A stretch of 64,000 nt of DNA. It comes from Blastocatellia bacterium (GTDB taxonomy: Bacteria > Acidobacteriota > Blastocatellia > RBC074). How positions within the stretch are numbered: the stretch's first letter is position 1; each line of letters starts with the position of its first letter. The stretch is from positions 1,461-65,460 of the forward strand of contig DATMAG010000040.1 in the NCBI GenBank assembly GCA_035560235.1, in the 5' to 3' direction. Shown in pieces: positions 9,187-17,657 of this stretch. The notes under the pieces were generated by a model that saw only the letters and a program-made list of their open reading frames with translations, was not told the DNA's origin and did no database searches. The position numbers and the translations under genes were made by a program.

Positions 9187-10673
9187 GACAGGACTTCAGG
9201 GTTCAGCGTCACGGTGCTGACCGTTTCCGTCACTCCGTCATTGAGCGTATAGCCCCACATATAGGCCCGCTGATATTTTGTAATCAGTTGATCGCCCCTG
9301 ACCCACGCGTGACTGAGCAGAGCGCCCTGAGTCCAGGGAAAACGCCTGCCCGCAATGGTTGAAGCCTTGAGCGGCGCAGCCGGATAGTTCAGATTCCAGC
9401 CTGTCACCCTGACATCCCTGGCCAGTCGCACTGCGCCTCCCAGATTGATGAGTCCCGCACCCTGTTCGAACGTGTCAGAGCCGGGCAGCTGCTGTGCGGT
9501 GTACATCAGAAATGCCTTGACCATCGCGGGGCTGAACATCGGCTCGCTCTGAAAGAGCAGCGCGGCAGCTCCGGCCACGACGGGCGCGGCCATCGAAGTT
9601 CCGCTCAGATACATCAGCCGACTGTCAGATGCCGCTGTCTCGTCGCCCGCGCTGAGCTGCGGATTGCGGGCGAGCAGTGAGTTGCCCGCAGCCTGCGCCG
9701 AGATGATTTTGTTGCCGGGCGCGACGATTTCGGGTTTGATGATGTTGTCGTAATGTCTGATTCCTGCTGCATCCGTCCAGAAACTGCGCGTCGGGCCGCG
9801 TGAACTGAAACTCGTCACCTGATCATCGCTGCGACTGTCAGTGCCGAAGGTATTGACCGCGCCAACGGTCAGCACGGACGGCTCATTGCCGGGCGCGTGA
9901 ATGCTTCCGTAAAGCTTCTGTCCCTGACTCCCGCGCCCGTCATTTCCGGCAGCGGCGACAACCAGCCCCCCCTTGTCCTGCAGCTTGCGCACGGCCAGGC
10001 AGAGCGGATCAAGCCCGTCACTGTTGATGGCGGGCGTGCCGATGCTCAGGTTGACGACCATAATCTTGTACTGCGAATGATGCGTCAGCAGCCAGTCCAG
10101 CGCACTGAGAACGGCTGAAGTGGTGCCGCGCCCCTCGGAATTGAGCACTCGCAGATTGATCAGGTGCGCGCCCGGCGCAATGCCGCGATAAGCGTTGCCG
10201 AGCGAACCGTTACCCGCGGCAAGGCCAGCGACGTGCGTGCCGTGTCCGTAAGGATCGTCAGTGCGCCCTTCGCCAGTGAAATCCTGACTGTAAACAACGC
10301 GGCTGCTCATTCCACCGGCAGCATTCGGTTCCATGAACATCCGATGACCGGCCTGAATCCCTGAATCAACGATGGCGATGCCGATGCCTGAGCCGTTGAT
10401 GATGGATGACTTTGATCCCTTGCGCAGGGTCGCATCCACAGCGTCGAGTCCGGTCGTGGTCGTCAGGTGACCGAGCGTGCGAAACTCGTTGTCTCCGGCA
10501 ATAAATGTCACTTCGCTGAAGGCGGCGAGTTGTTCGACCCGCTCAGCCGGAACCTCCAGCGTAATCACGCCCAGGTTCTGAAAATCCTTTCTCCCCTGCA
10601 CATCGCTGCTTCGCAGCAGGCTGTGCAGCCCCAGACTGAGCGGCCCCCTGGTCTGCAGCACGATGCGCAGAGT

Positions 10674-10762
10674 CTTCTGTCCGGGCGCGCGGCGCAGCTT
10701 CAACCTGGCCACGCCGGGAGCGCAGCTCTATGTCCTTCTGTCCGGGCGCGCGGCGCAGCTTC
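10674..10762. repeat. Pair of 28-nt perfect direct repeats (cttctgtccgggcgcgcggcgcagcttc) separated by 33 nt, inside the protease 5' region
   Basis: Copy A is at 10674-10701 and copy B at 10735-10762. The 61-nt period is not a multiple of 3. Confidence 0.85.
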
Positions 10763-11472
10763 TCGCGGACATCAGAAGCGATCTTGTCGGCCTTCTTGTC
10801 CGCTGTCGTGCTGCCGGTTGCGTTGTCTGCCTTCTTGTCACCGATTCCGGTCGCCTGAGCGGCCTGAAGCAGACCTGAACACAGACACAGCAGCGTCAGT
10901 GTGATTCTGTAAATCAGAGCGCGGTTATTATTCCTCTTCAAAGTCATGTTCTCCCCTCAATGACTTGAAAAATACGCTGAATTGTCAGACGCAGCGGGTG
11001 TCACTTCCCGCCGGGCTCCGGGCCGTTCCCTGAGATTACAAGCGGCGTGCCGGATTGAGAGATGCAGCTTTAATGAGAGCAGATCAGGCAGTTAGCCCCT
11101 TCCGGCCCGGCCTCACAGTGCGGCTGTCCGGAATGAACCGGGCGGAGTGAGTGCCCGCATTCAGTCAGGCTGAATCGAAGCTGACCGGTTTCAGTCAGAC
11201 TGAGGCCGGAACAAACTCATTGCGATTCCGCCGGTCAGCTGACAAACTGTGTTTTCATCAGTCATCACTGGGCAGTCTATGCTGCTGACCTTTTTCCGGC
11301 CTCACTTCCATCCCGGTCAGAGCAGACAAAATGTTTTCGGCAGGTTTGCTGTGGCCTGACCGCCTTTGTGACTTTCTACCTGAAGGCTTTCATAAATAAT
11401 TCGTGTTCATTCGCGGTGGCTTTTGCGCGGTTCCCCTGCAACAGCCTCTGTGAAAACTCCGGTGAATGTTTT

Positions 11473-14280
11473 ATGCCCCTCAGAATATTCTTCCTCACGC
11501 TCTGCCCGCTGCTCGCGCTGTGGTGTGTGATTTCCGCGACTGAACCCGCGCACACTCAGCGCCGGATGCCTGCAGCATCTGCCATTGCCGGATCGTCCGG
11601 CCTCGCCCTCACGGCTCAGCCTTCCAATCCGGTTCCGACGCTCAGCAGTCTCAATCCGAGTTCAGCTCTCGCCGGGAGCGACGACCTGACGATCACACTT
11701 ACCGGATCGCACTTCATCAGCGGCGCAACGGTCCGCTGGAACGGCAGCGACCGTCAGACCTCGTTTGTCAGTGACACACAGCTGACAGCGGTGATCACCG
11801 CAACTGATCTGATGACGGCGGGCACAGCGAATGTCACGGTCTTCAATCCGGTGCCGGGCGGAGGCGTGTCGAACGCACTGACGTTCAGCATCAACACGAC
11901 CAACCCCGCGCCATCGCTCGCAGCCATCAATCCGGGATCGGTGACTGCCGGCAGCGGCGCATTCACGCTGACAGCTGAAGGATCGAATTTTGTTACCAGT
12001 TCAGTCGTGCGGTGGAATGGCCTTGAACGCACGACAACCTTTGTCAATGACAGGGAACTGACCGCGACGATTCAGGCCGCAGACATCGCTGCCGCCGGGA
12101 CCGCGAGCGTGACTGTCTTCAATCCTGCGCCCGGCGGCGGCGAAACCAGCGCGCTCACGCTGACGATCAATGCCGTCAACCCTGTGCCGGTGCTGACGAA
12201 GATGACGCCGAGCGCCGTGCCTGCGGGCGGCAGCACTTTCACACTGACCGTCAGCGGAGCCGGATTCGTCAGAGATTCGGTTATCAGATGGAACGGAACC
12301 GGACGCCGCACCACGTTTGTCTCTGACACGAAGCTGACCACTTCGATTCCGGCCAGCCTGGTCGCCGCTGCCGGAACCGCCAGCGTGACGGTCTTCAGCC
12401 CGACGCCGGGCGGCGGCACATCGGCCCCGCTGAACTTCACGATCTCAGCTTCCAATCCGCCGCCGATTCTGAGCGGCATCAGCCCTGCCGCAGTGCCCGC
12501 CGGAAGCAGCGATCTGACGCTGATGGTCAGCGGCTCGAATTTCGTCAACGGCTCGGTCGTGCGGTGGAACGGCGCTGACCGCCCGACGACCTTCGTCAGT
12601 TACACGCAACTGAATGCGGCCATCCCGGCCAGCGATCTCGCGCAGGCCGCAACAATCGCGATCAGTGTCGTGAATCCCGCGCCCGGCGGCGGCGTGTCAG
12701 ACACGGTGAATTTTGAAATCACGCCGCCACCGAACCCCGTGCCGGTGATCGGCAGCATCGCGCCCGGTTCTGTGGCAGCCGGGGCCGCTGACACCACACT
12801 GACGATCACTGGCACGAACTTCGTCGAAAGCTCCGTCGTGCGCTGGAACGGCCTTGACCGCGCGACCACGTTCGTCAGCAGCACGGAGTTGAAGGCCCTG
12901 ATTCCTGAAACCGATCTGGTTGCACCGGCAATGGCCACTATCACAGTCTTCAATCCGCCACCTGAAGGCGGCCTCTCGAATGCCGCCGGTTTCAGGATCC
13001 TCGCGGGCAATCCGGTGCCGACGCTCGTCAGCCTCAGTCCTCCGGCAGCGCCTGCGGGCAGCGGTGTGCTGAACCTGACAATCAACGGCTTCGGTTTCGT
13101 CAATGGCGCGGTGGTGCGCTGGAACGGCGGCAATCGCCGCACGACCTTTGTTTCGGACCAGCAGTTGACAGCGGTCATCAGCACCGCCGATCTGGCCCAG
13201 ACCGGGACGGCGAGCGTGACTGTCTTTAACCCTGCGCCGGATGGCGGGCTGTCGAATCCGCTGCTGTTCACCATCAACCCGTCAACCAATCCGATGCCGG
13301 TCATCAGCAGCGTCAGCCCTGACGTGGTTTCAACCGGCAGCCCGGCCTTCACGCTGACGGTGACTGGCATCAGCTTTGTCAGCGGCTCGGTCGTGCGCTG
13401 GAACGGGCAGGATCGTCCGACAACTTACGTCAGCAACGGCACGCTGACCGCATTGATTCCGGCGGCGGATGTGGCGACTGCCGGGGGCGGGATCATTTCC
13501 GTTTTCAATCCTGCTCCGGGCGGCGGCCTTTCCAACACCAGAGTCGTCACAGTCGTCAGTCAGCTCGTCAATGTTTCAGCCGCGCGGTTTGCGGGCGGCA
13601 ATCTGGCGAGCGAATCAATCATCTCAGCCTTCGGCTCGGCCCTGACCACCGGCACGCAGAGCGCCAGCACGCTGCCGCTGCCGACGACGCTGCTCAGCAC
13701 TGCAGTCGTCGTCAGGGACAGCGCCGGAATCGAACGTCCCGCGCCGCTCTTCTTTGTTTCACCGACTCAGATCAACTATCAGCTTCCGCCCGGCACAGCG
13801 ACAGGCCCGGCAACAGTAATCGTCAGCACGAGCGACGGAGTCACGGCGACGGGCGCAATCAATGTCGTCAACGTCGCGCCCGGACTGTTCACCGCCGATG
13901 CGAGCGGGCGCGGTCTGGCTGCCGCGCTGGTGCTGCGCACTCCGGCGAGCGGCCCGCAATTGTGGGAGCCGGTCGGCTCCTTCGATCCGCTGCAGAATCG
14001 CTTCGTCCCGCTGCCGGTCGAGCCGGGCAGCGACACCGAACAGGCGCATCTGGTTCTTTTCGGCAGCGGCATTCGTCAGCGCACCAGCCTGCAGAGCGTT
14101 TCAGCCACGATTGCCGGGATCACAGTGCCGGTCAGCTTTGCCGGACAGCAGGGCAGCCTGGTCGGACTCGATCAGGTCAACATTGCGCTGCCCGGAACAC
14201 TGAAGGGAAAAGGTGAGGTTGAAGTGGTGCTGATCGTGGACGGAATCGCCGCCAATCCCGTCAGAATCACGATCAGATGA
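11473..14280 (+). CDS. Secreted IPT/TIG-repeat protein (approx. 9 tandem ~95-aa Ig-like domains) with C-terminal TIGR03437-like (Solibacter C-terminal) domain
   Basis: It has a signal peptide, MPLRIFFLTLCPLLALWCVISA. The recurring unit is NPVPxLxxLSPxSAxAGSxxxTLTVxGxxFVxxSVVRWNGxxRxTTFVSxTxLTAxIxAxDLAxAGTASVTVFNPAPGGGxSN. The C-terminus reads ...GITVPVSFAGQQGSLVGLDQVNIALPGTLKGKGEVEVVLIVDGIAANPVRITIR. The start is taken at the internal ATG 11473; the track ORF begins at 11368. Confidence 0.8.
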   Translation: MPLRIFFLTLCPLLALWCVISATEPAHTQRRMPAASAIAGSSGLALTAQPSNPVPTLSSLNPSSALAGSDDLTITLTGSHFISGATVRWNGSDRQTSFVSDTQLTAVITATDLMTAGTANVTVFNPVPGGGVSNALTFSINTTNPAPSLAAINPGSVTAGSGAFTLTAEGSNFVTSSVVRWNGLERTTTFVNDRELTATIQAADIAAAGTASVTVFNPAPGGGETSALTLTINAVNPVPVLTKMTPSAVPAGGSTFTLTVSGAGFVRDSVIRWNGTGRRTTFVSDTKLTTSIPASLVAAAGTASVTVFSPTPGGGTSAPLNFTISASNPPPILSGISPAAVPAGSSDLTLMVSGSNFVNGSVVRWNGADRPTTFVSYTQLNAAIPASDLAQAATIAISVVNPAPGGGVSDTVNFEITPPPNPVPVIGSIAPGSVAAGAADTTLTITGTNFVESSVVRWNGLDRATTFVSSTELKALIPETDLVAPAMATITVFNPPPEGGLSNAAGFRILAGNPVPTLVSLSPPAAPAGSGVLNLTINGFGFVNGAVVRWNGGNRRTTFVSDQQLTAVISTADLAQTGTASVTVFNPAPDGGLSNPLLFTINPSTNPMPVISSVSPDVVSTGSPAFTLTVTGISFVSGSVVRWNGQDRPTTYVSNGTLTALIPAADVATAGGGIISVFNPAPGGGLSNTRVVTVVSQLVNVSAARFAGGNLASESIISAFGSALTTGTQSASTLPLPTTLLSTAVVVRDSAGIERPAPLFFVSPTQINYQLPPGTATGPATVIVSTSDGVTATGAINVVNVAPGLFTADASGRGLAAALVLRTPASGPQLWEPVGSFDPLQNRFVPLPVEPGSDTEQAHLVLFGSGIRQRTSLQSVSATIAGITVPVSFAGQQGSLVGLDQVNIALPGTLKGKGEVEVVLIVDGIAANPVRITIR
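11632..13561 (+). repeat. Approx. 285-nt tandem coding repeats (IPT/TIG domain array)
   Basis: About 9 consecutive ~95-aa repeats with high mutual similarity are visible in translation. Antisense shadow ORFs in the track share the same periodicity. Confidence 0.7.
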
Positions 14281-14377
14281 CCGTATTTCAGTTCACCGGC
14301 TGAGTTGCCCGATCTTTTGCCGTGCGGTAAGCTGCGGCGCTCCACCTGTCATTGCGACTCTTTTATCCACAATTTTC

Positions 14378-17197
14378 ATGGAGGCCACTATGCACAGCCA
14401 TCGCACGCGCACGCTGCTGCTGCTGCTGATTCTGTCACTCGCCCCGGCAGCGTTTGCGCAAAGCAGACTGACTTCACCGAAGGAGCAGTTCGGCTTCAAC
14501 ATCGGTGACGATTATCAGCTCGTCAATTACACGCAGCTTGAAGCGTATTTCAAAAAGCTCGACCAGGAATCGGACCGGATGAAACTGGTCGAAATCGGCA
14601 AATCAGCCGAAGGCCGCACGATGTATGTGGCCATCATCACCTCGCCCGAAAATCACCGGAAGCTTGATCGGTACAAAGAGATTTCACGCCGTCTCGCGCT
14701 GGTCGAAAATCTCAGCGACGAACAGGCGCACGCGCTCGCGGCTGAAGGCAAAGCCGTCGTCTGGATTGACGGCGGGCTGCACGCGACTGAAGTTTTAGGC
14801 GCGCAGCAGCTGATTGAAACCGTCTGGCAGATGGTCAGCCGCACCGACGCTGAAACGATGCGGTTTCTCAATGACGTGATCATCCTCGCCTGCCTCGTCA
14901 ATCCCGACGGGATGGAACTCGTCTCGAACTGGTATATGCGCGAAAGCGATCCGACAAAGCGAACCTTTGCGACGATTCCGCGCCTCTATCAGAAATACAT
15001 CGGCCACGACAACAACCGCGATTTTTATATGTCGAATCAGCCTGAAACAGAGGCGATCAATCGCGTCTTCTTTCAGGACTGGTTCCCGCAGATCGTCTAC
15101 AACCATCATCAGACCGGGCCGGTCGGGACGGTGATGTTTGCGCCGCCGTTTCGTGATCCGTTCAATTACAACTACGACCCGCTCGTCCCGCTCGGCCTTG
15201 ACCTGGTCGGCGCGGCGATGCACAGCCGCTTTGCGCTCGAAGGCAAACCCGGCGTGACGATGCGGTCAGGTTCAGGCTATTCGACGTGGTGGAACGGCGG
15301 GCTGCGCACGACTGTTTACTTTCACAATATGATCGGGCTGCTGACTGAAACCATCGGCAATCCGACGCCGATGGAAATTCCGCTCGTGCTGCGCAATCAG
15401 TTGCCCCGCGCCGATCTGCCTTACCCAATCGCGCCGCAGAAGTGGCATTTCAGGCAGTCCATCGAGTATTCAATCACCGCCAACCGCGCCGTGCTCGATG
15501 TCGCGTCAAAGCACCGCGAGGATTTTCTCTTCAATATTTACCGGATGGGCAGAAACGCCATCGAACGCGGCAGCCGCGACCACTGGACCATCACGCCGCA
15601 CGAAGTTGCTGACGCGCAGGCCGCTTATGCCAAAGACCGCCCGCCGCAAACCGGACGCGGGCAGGCCGCTGACGCGCCCGATTCAGGCGGCTTCGGCGCT
15701 GAACGCACGCAGCCGGTGAAGTATTTCGAGATGATGCGCACGCCTGAGAAACGCGACCCGCGCGGCTTCATTCTGCCGTCAGATCAGCCCGACTTTCTGA
15801 CCGCGACGAAATTCATCAACGCGCTCATCAAAAACGGCGTGACGATTCATCGCGCCACCCAGGCCTTTCAGGTCAACGGCAAAACTTATCCGGCAGGTTC
15901 TTACGTCGTCAAAACCGCGCAAGCGTTTCGCGCGCACGTGATGGATATGTTCGAGCCGCAGGATCACCCGCACGATTTCGCTTATCCCGGCGGGCCGCCG
16001 ATTCCGCCTTACGACAGCGCGGGCTGGACGCTCGCCTTTCAGATGGGCGTGAAGTTCGACCGCATTCCGGATGGTTTTGACGGGCCGTTTGAAAAGATCA
16101 GCGGCCTCGTGAAACCACCGGCAGGCCGCGTCACGACGCTTTCAAACGCCGCCGGATATTTATTGTCGCATCAGGTCAACGATGCGTTCATCGCCACCAA
16201 TCGCCTGCTGGCGGGCGGCGATGATGTTTACTGGCTGCGGCAGACCTTCAATGCCAATGGCAGGACTTATCCGGCAGGCACGATCTTTATTGCAGCGAAA
16301 CCGACGACGCTGCCGAAGCTGCAAAAGATGGCTGAAGAACTCGGGCTGAATTTTGAAGCGGTCACGAGCAGGCCCGCGGGTGAAGCCTTCAGGCTGCGCC
16401 CGCTGCGCATCGGGTTGTGGGATCGTTACGGCGGCTCGATGCCTTCGGGCTGGACGCGCTGGCTGCTTGAACAGTACGAATTTCCGTTCACGGTCGTTTA
16501 CCCGCAGACGCTCGATGCCGGTGATCTGATCAGTAAATTCGACGTGCTGATCTTTGTGACCGGCGCGATTCCGCTGCGTGACGCGCGCGGTGAAGGACAG
16601 TTCGGACGGATGCCAAATCCCGAAGAGATCCCTGATGAATACCGCGCCTGGCTCGGCAGCGTTTCGGTGGCAAAGACTGTCCCGCAGTTGCAGAAGTTTA
16701 TGGAAGCAGGCGGCGCAATTCTGACTGTTGGCACGTCAACAAATCTGGGCTACCTGGTCGGCCTGCCGATAGCCAGTGCGCTGGTTGAACGACTGCCTGA
16801 CGGCACAGAGCGCCCGCTGGCGCGCGAGAAGTTTTATGTGCCCGGCTCGATCCTGCAGGCGAGCGTGGACAACACAAACCCGCTGGCTTACGGGTTGCCT
16901 GACAGGGTTGATGTCTTTTTCGACAACAGCCCGGTCTTCAGACTCAAACCCGACGCCTCAATCAGAGGCCTCAGACCCGTGGCCTGGTTTGACAGCGACA
17001 AGCCGCTGCGCAGCGGCTGGGCCTGGGGTCAGAAGTATCTGCAGGACGGCGTCGCCGTCATTGACGCGAGCGTCGGTAAAGGCCGGTTGTTTATGTTCGG
17101 CCCTGAAATCACCTTTCGCGGACAGCCGCACGGAACATTCAAATTTCTCTTCAACGGCATCTTTTACGGGCGCGCCGAAACGGTGACTCTGAAGTAA
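14378..17197 (+). CDS. Large secreted M14-family zinc carboxypeptidase-like protein
   Basis: It has a signal peptide, LLLLLILSLAPAAFAQS. The M14 zinc-ligand motif HxxE appears in VVWIDGGLHATEVLG, in a context like the HAREW region, plus downstream NPDG. The protein is 939 aa. Confidence 0.7.
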   Translation: MEATMHSHRTRTLLLLLILSLAPAAFAQSRLTSPKEQFGFNIGDDYQLVNYTQLEAYFKKLDQESDRMKLVEIGKSAEGRTMYVAIITSPENHRKLDRYKEISRRLALVENLSDEQAHALAAEGKAVVWIDGGLHATEVLGAQQLIETVWQMVSRTDAETMRFLNDVIILACLVNPDGMELVSNWYMRESDPTKRTFATIPRLYQKYIGHDNNRDFYMSNQPETEAINRVFFQDWFPQIVYNHHQTGPVGTVMFAPPFRDPFNYNYDPLVPLGLDLVGAAMHSRFALEGKPGVTMRSGSGYSTWWNGGLRTTVYFHNMIGLLTETIGNPTPMEIPLVLRNQLPRADLPYPIAPQKWHFRQSIEYSITANRAVLDVASKHREDFLFNIYRMGRNAIERGSRDHWTITPHEVADAQAAYAKDRPPQTGRGQAADAPDSGGFGAERTQPVKYFEMMRTPEKRDPRGFILPSDQPDFLTATKFINALIKNGVTIHRATQAFQVNGKTYPAGSYVVKTAQAFRAHVMDMFEPQDHPHDFAYPGGPPIPPYDSAGWTLAFQMGVKFDRIPDGFDGPFEKISGLVKPPAGRVTTLSNAAGYLLSHQVNDAFIATNRLLAGGDDVYWLRQTFNANGRTYPAGTIFIAAKPTTLPKLQKMAEELGLNFEAVTSRPAGEAFRLRPLRIGLWDRYGGSMPSGWTRWLLEQYEFPFTVVYPQTLDAGDLISKFDVLIFVTGAIPLRDARGEGQFGRMPNPEEIPDEYRAWLGSVSVAKTVPQLQKFMEAGGAILTVGTSTNLGYLVGLPIASALVERLPDGTERPLAREKFYVPGSILQASVDNTNPLAYGLPDRVDVFFDNSPVFRLKPDASIRGLRPVAWFDSDKPLRSGWAWGQKYLQDGVAVIDASVGKGRLFMFGPEITFRGQPHGTFKFLFNGIFYGRAETVTLK

Positions 17198-17208
17198 AAA
17201 CATCAGCG

Positions 17209-17292
17209 GGGAGGACGGAACAAACGGAAAGAACAGAACAGGCGGAAGATTTCCGAGCGATGTCAGTTCCGGTTTCGTCTGTTTCGTCCTCC
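17209..17292. repeat. Palindromic intergenic repeat element, copy A (imperfect long hairpin), immediately after the M14 gene stop
   Basis: It contains acggaacaaacggaaagaac and ggtttcgtctgtt(t)cgtcctcc, the same motifs found at 37718-37795. The ends GGAGGACG/CGTCCTCC pair. Confidence 0.5.
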
Positions 17293-17297
17293 CTCTC

Positions 17298-17331
17298 TTG
17301 CCGCGCGCAGGGGGTGTGCTACAATGCGCGC
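17298..17331 (+). promoter_or_regulatory. Candidate sigma70-like promoter (TTGCCG-16-TACAAT) embedded in a GC palindrome gcgcgca(N15)tgcgcgc upstream of the giant surface-protein gene
   Basis: The -35-like element is at 17298-17303 and the -10 TACAAT at 17320-17325. It would give a leader of about 325 nt before the ATG at 17658. Confidence 0.3.
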
Positions 17332-17657
17332 GCAGTAACAAGCAGACATTTCCAGCACTCACACAGAGTCGGCAAACACCTCATCCTGCAGTTTGATGTC
17401 TGTGCCTCGTTGTTACGGCTTCACTGATCTGCCCGTCCGCGCTGAGCGCTCCCCCGGTGTGCGGCTGGATGGCAGGATTCACATAAGCTGGACAGTCCTG
17501 ATAATCCCGCCGGAGTTGCGGTGTACGCCTCTGCACCAGCCTGACAGCTCCGTGGATGACAGGTCCACGACCTTATTGTGAGGGTTCATCGTTTTACCCC
17601 GAACCTCACGAGCGGTCTCTCACAACCAGTCTTTCTCACAATCAGAAGGAGATCAAA

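Larger units (their letters stand above)
8940..10947 (-). pseudogene. Subtilisin-like serine protease (peptidase S8) with C-terminal hexapeptide-repeat tail; N-terminal pro-region disrupted by a 61-bp frameshifting insertion (intact frame 8940..10712, signal-peptide fragment 10543..10947)
   Basis: The S8 catalytic motifs are VAIVDSGI, HGTHVAGLAAGNG and GTSMAAPVVAGAAALL. The upstream 134-aa ORF supplies a signal peptide, MTLKRNNNRALIYRITLTLLCLCSGLLQAAQA, and reads ...EKLRRAPGQK. The main ORF restarts at an internal GTG and reads KLRRAPGQK from a second copy of a 28-nt repeat in a +1 frame. Removing 61 nt (10702..10762) restores one continuous 648-aa secreted protease. Confidence 0.5.

Noticed and set aside
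8926-9252. Plus-strand ORF with RMPS(E/D)TRMPS repeats
   Set aside because: It is the mirror translation of the 18-nt tandem repeat that encodes the DGILV hexapeptide tail of the S8 protease on the minus strand.
10674-10762. 28-bp direct repeats considered as a minimal CRISPR array
   Set aside because: There are only two copies, both inside a coding region. The spacer is in frame with surrounding protein sequence, and no cas genes are nearby.
12072-13370. Minus-strand ORFs (158 aa and 256 aa) inside the IPT/TIG gene, and similar antisense ORFs at 17826-18869, 33311-34105, 41640-42146, 55573-56310 and 56809-57555
   Set aside because: They are antisense to well-supported genes. Their compositions mirror the sense repeats, with no start or RBS context. 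They are artefacts of high GC content.
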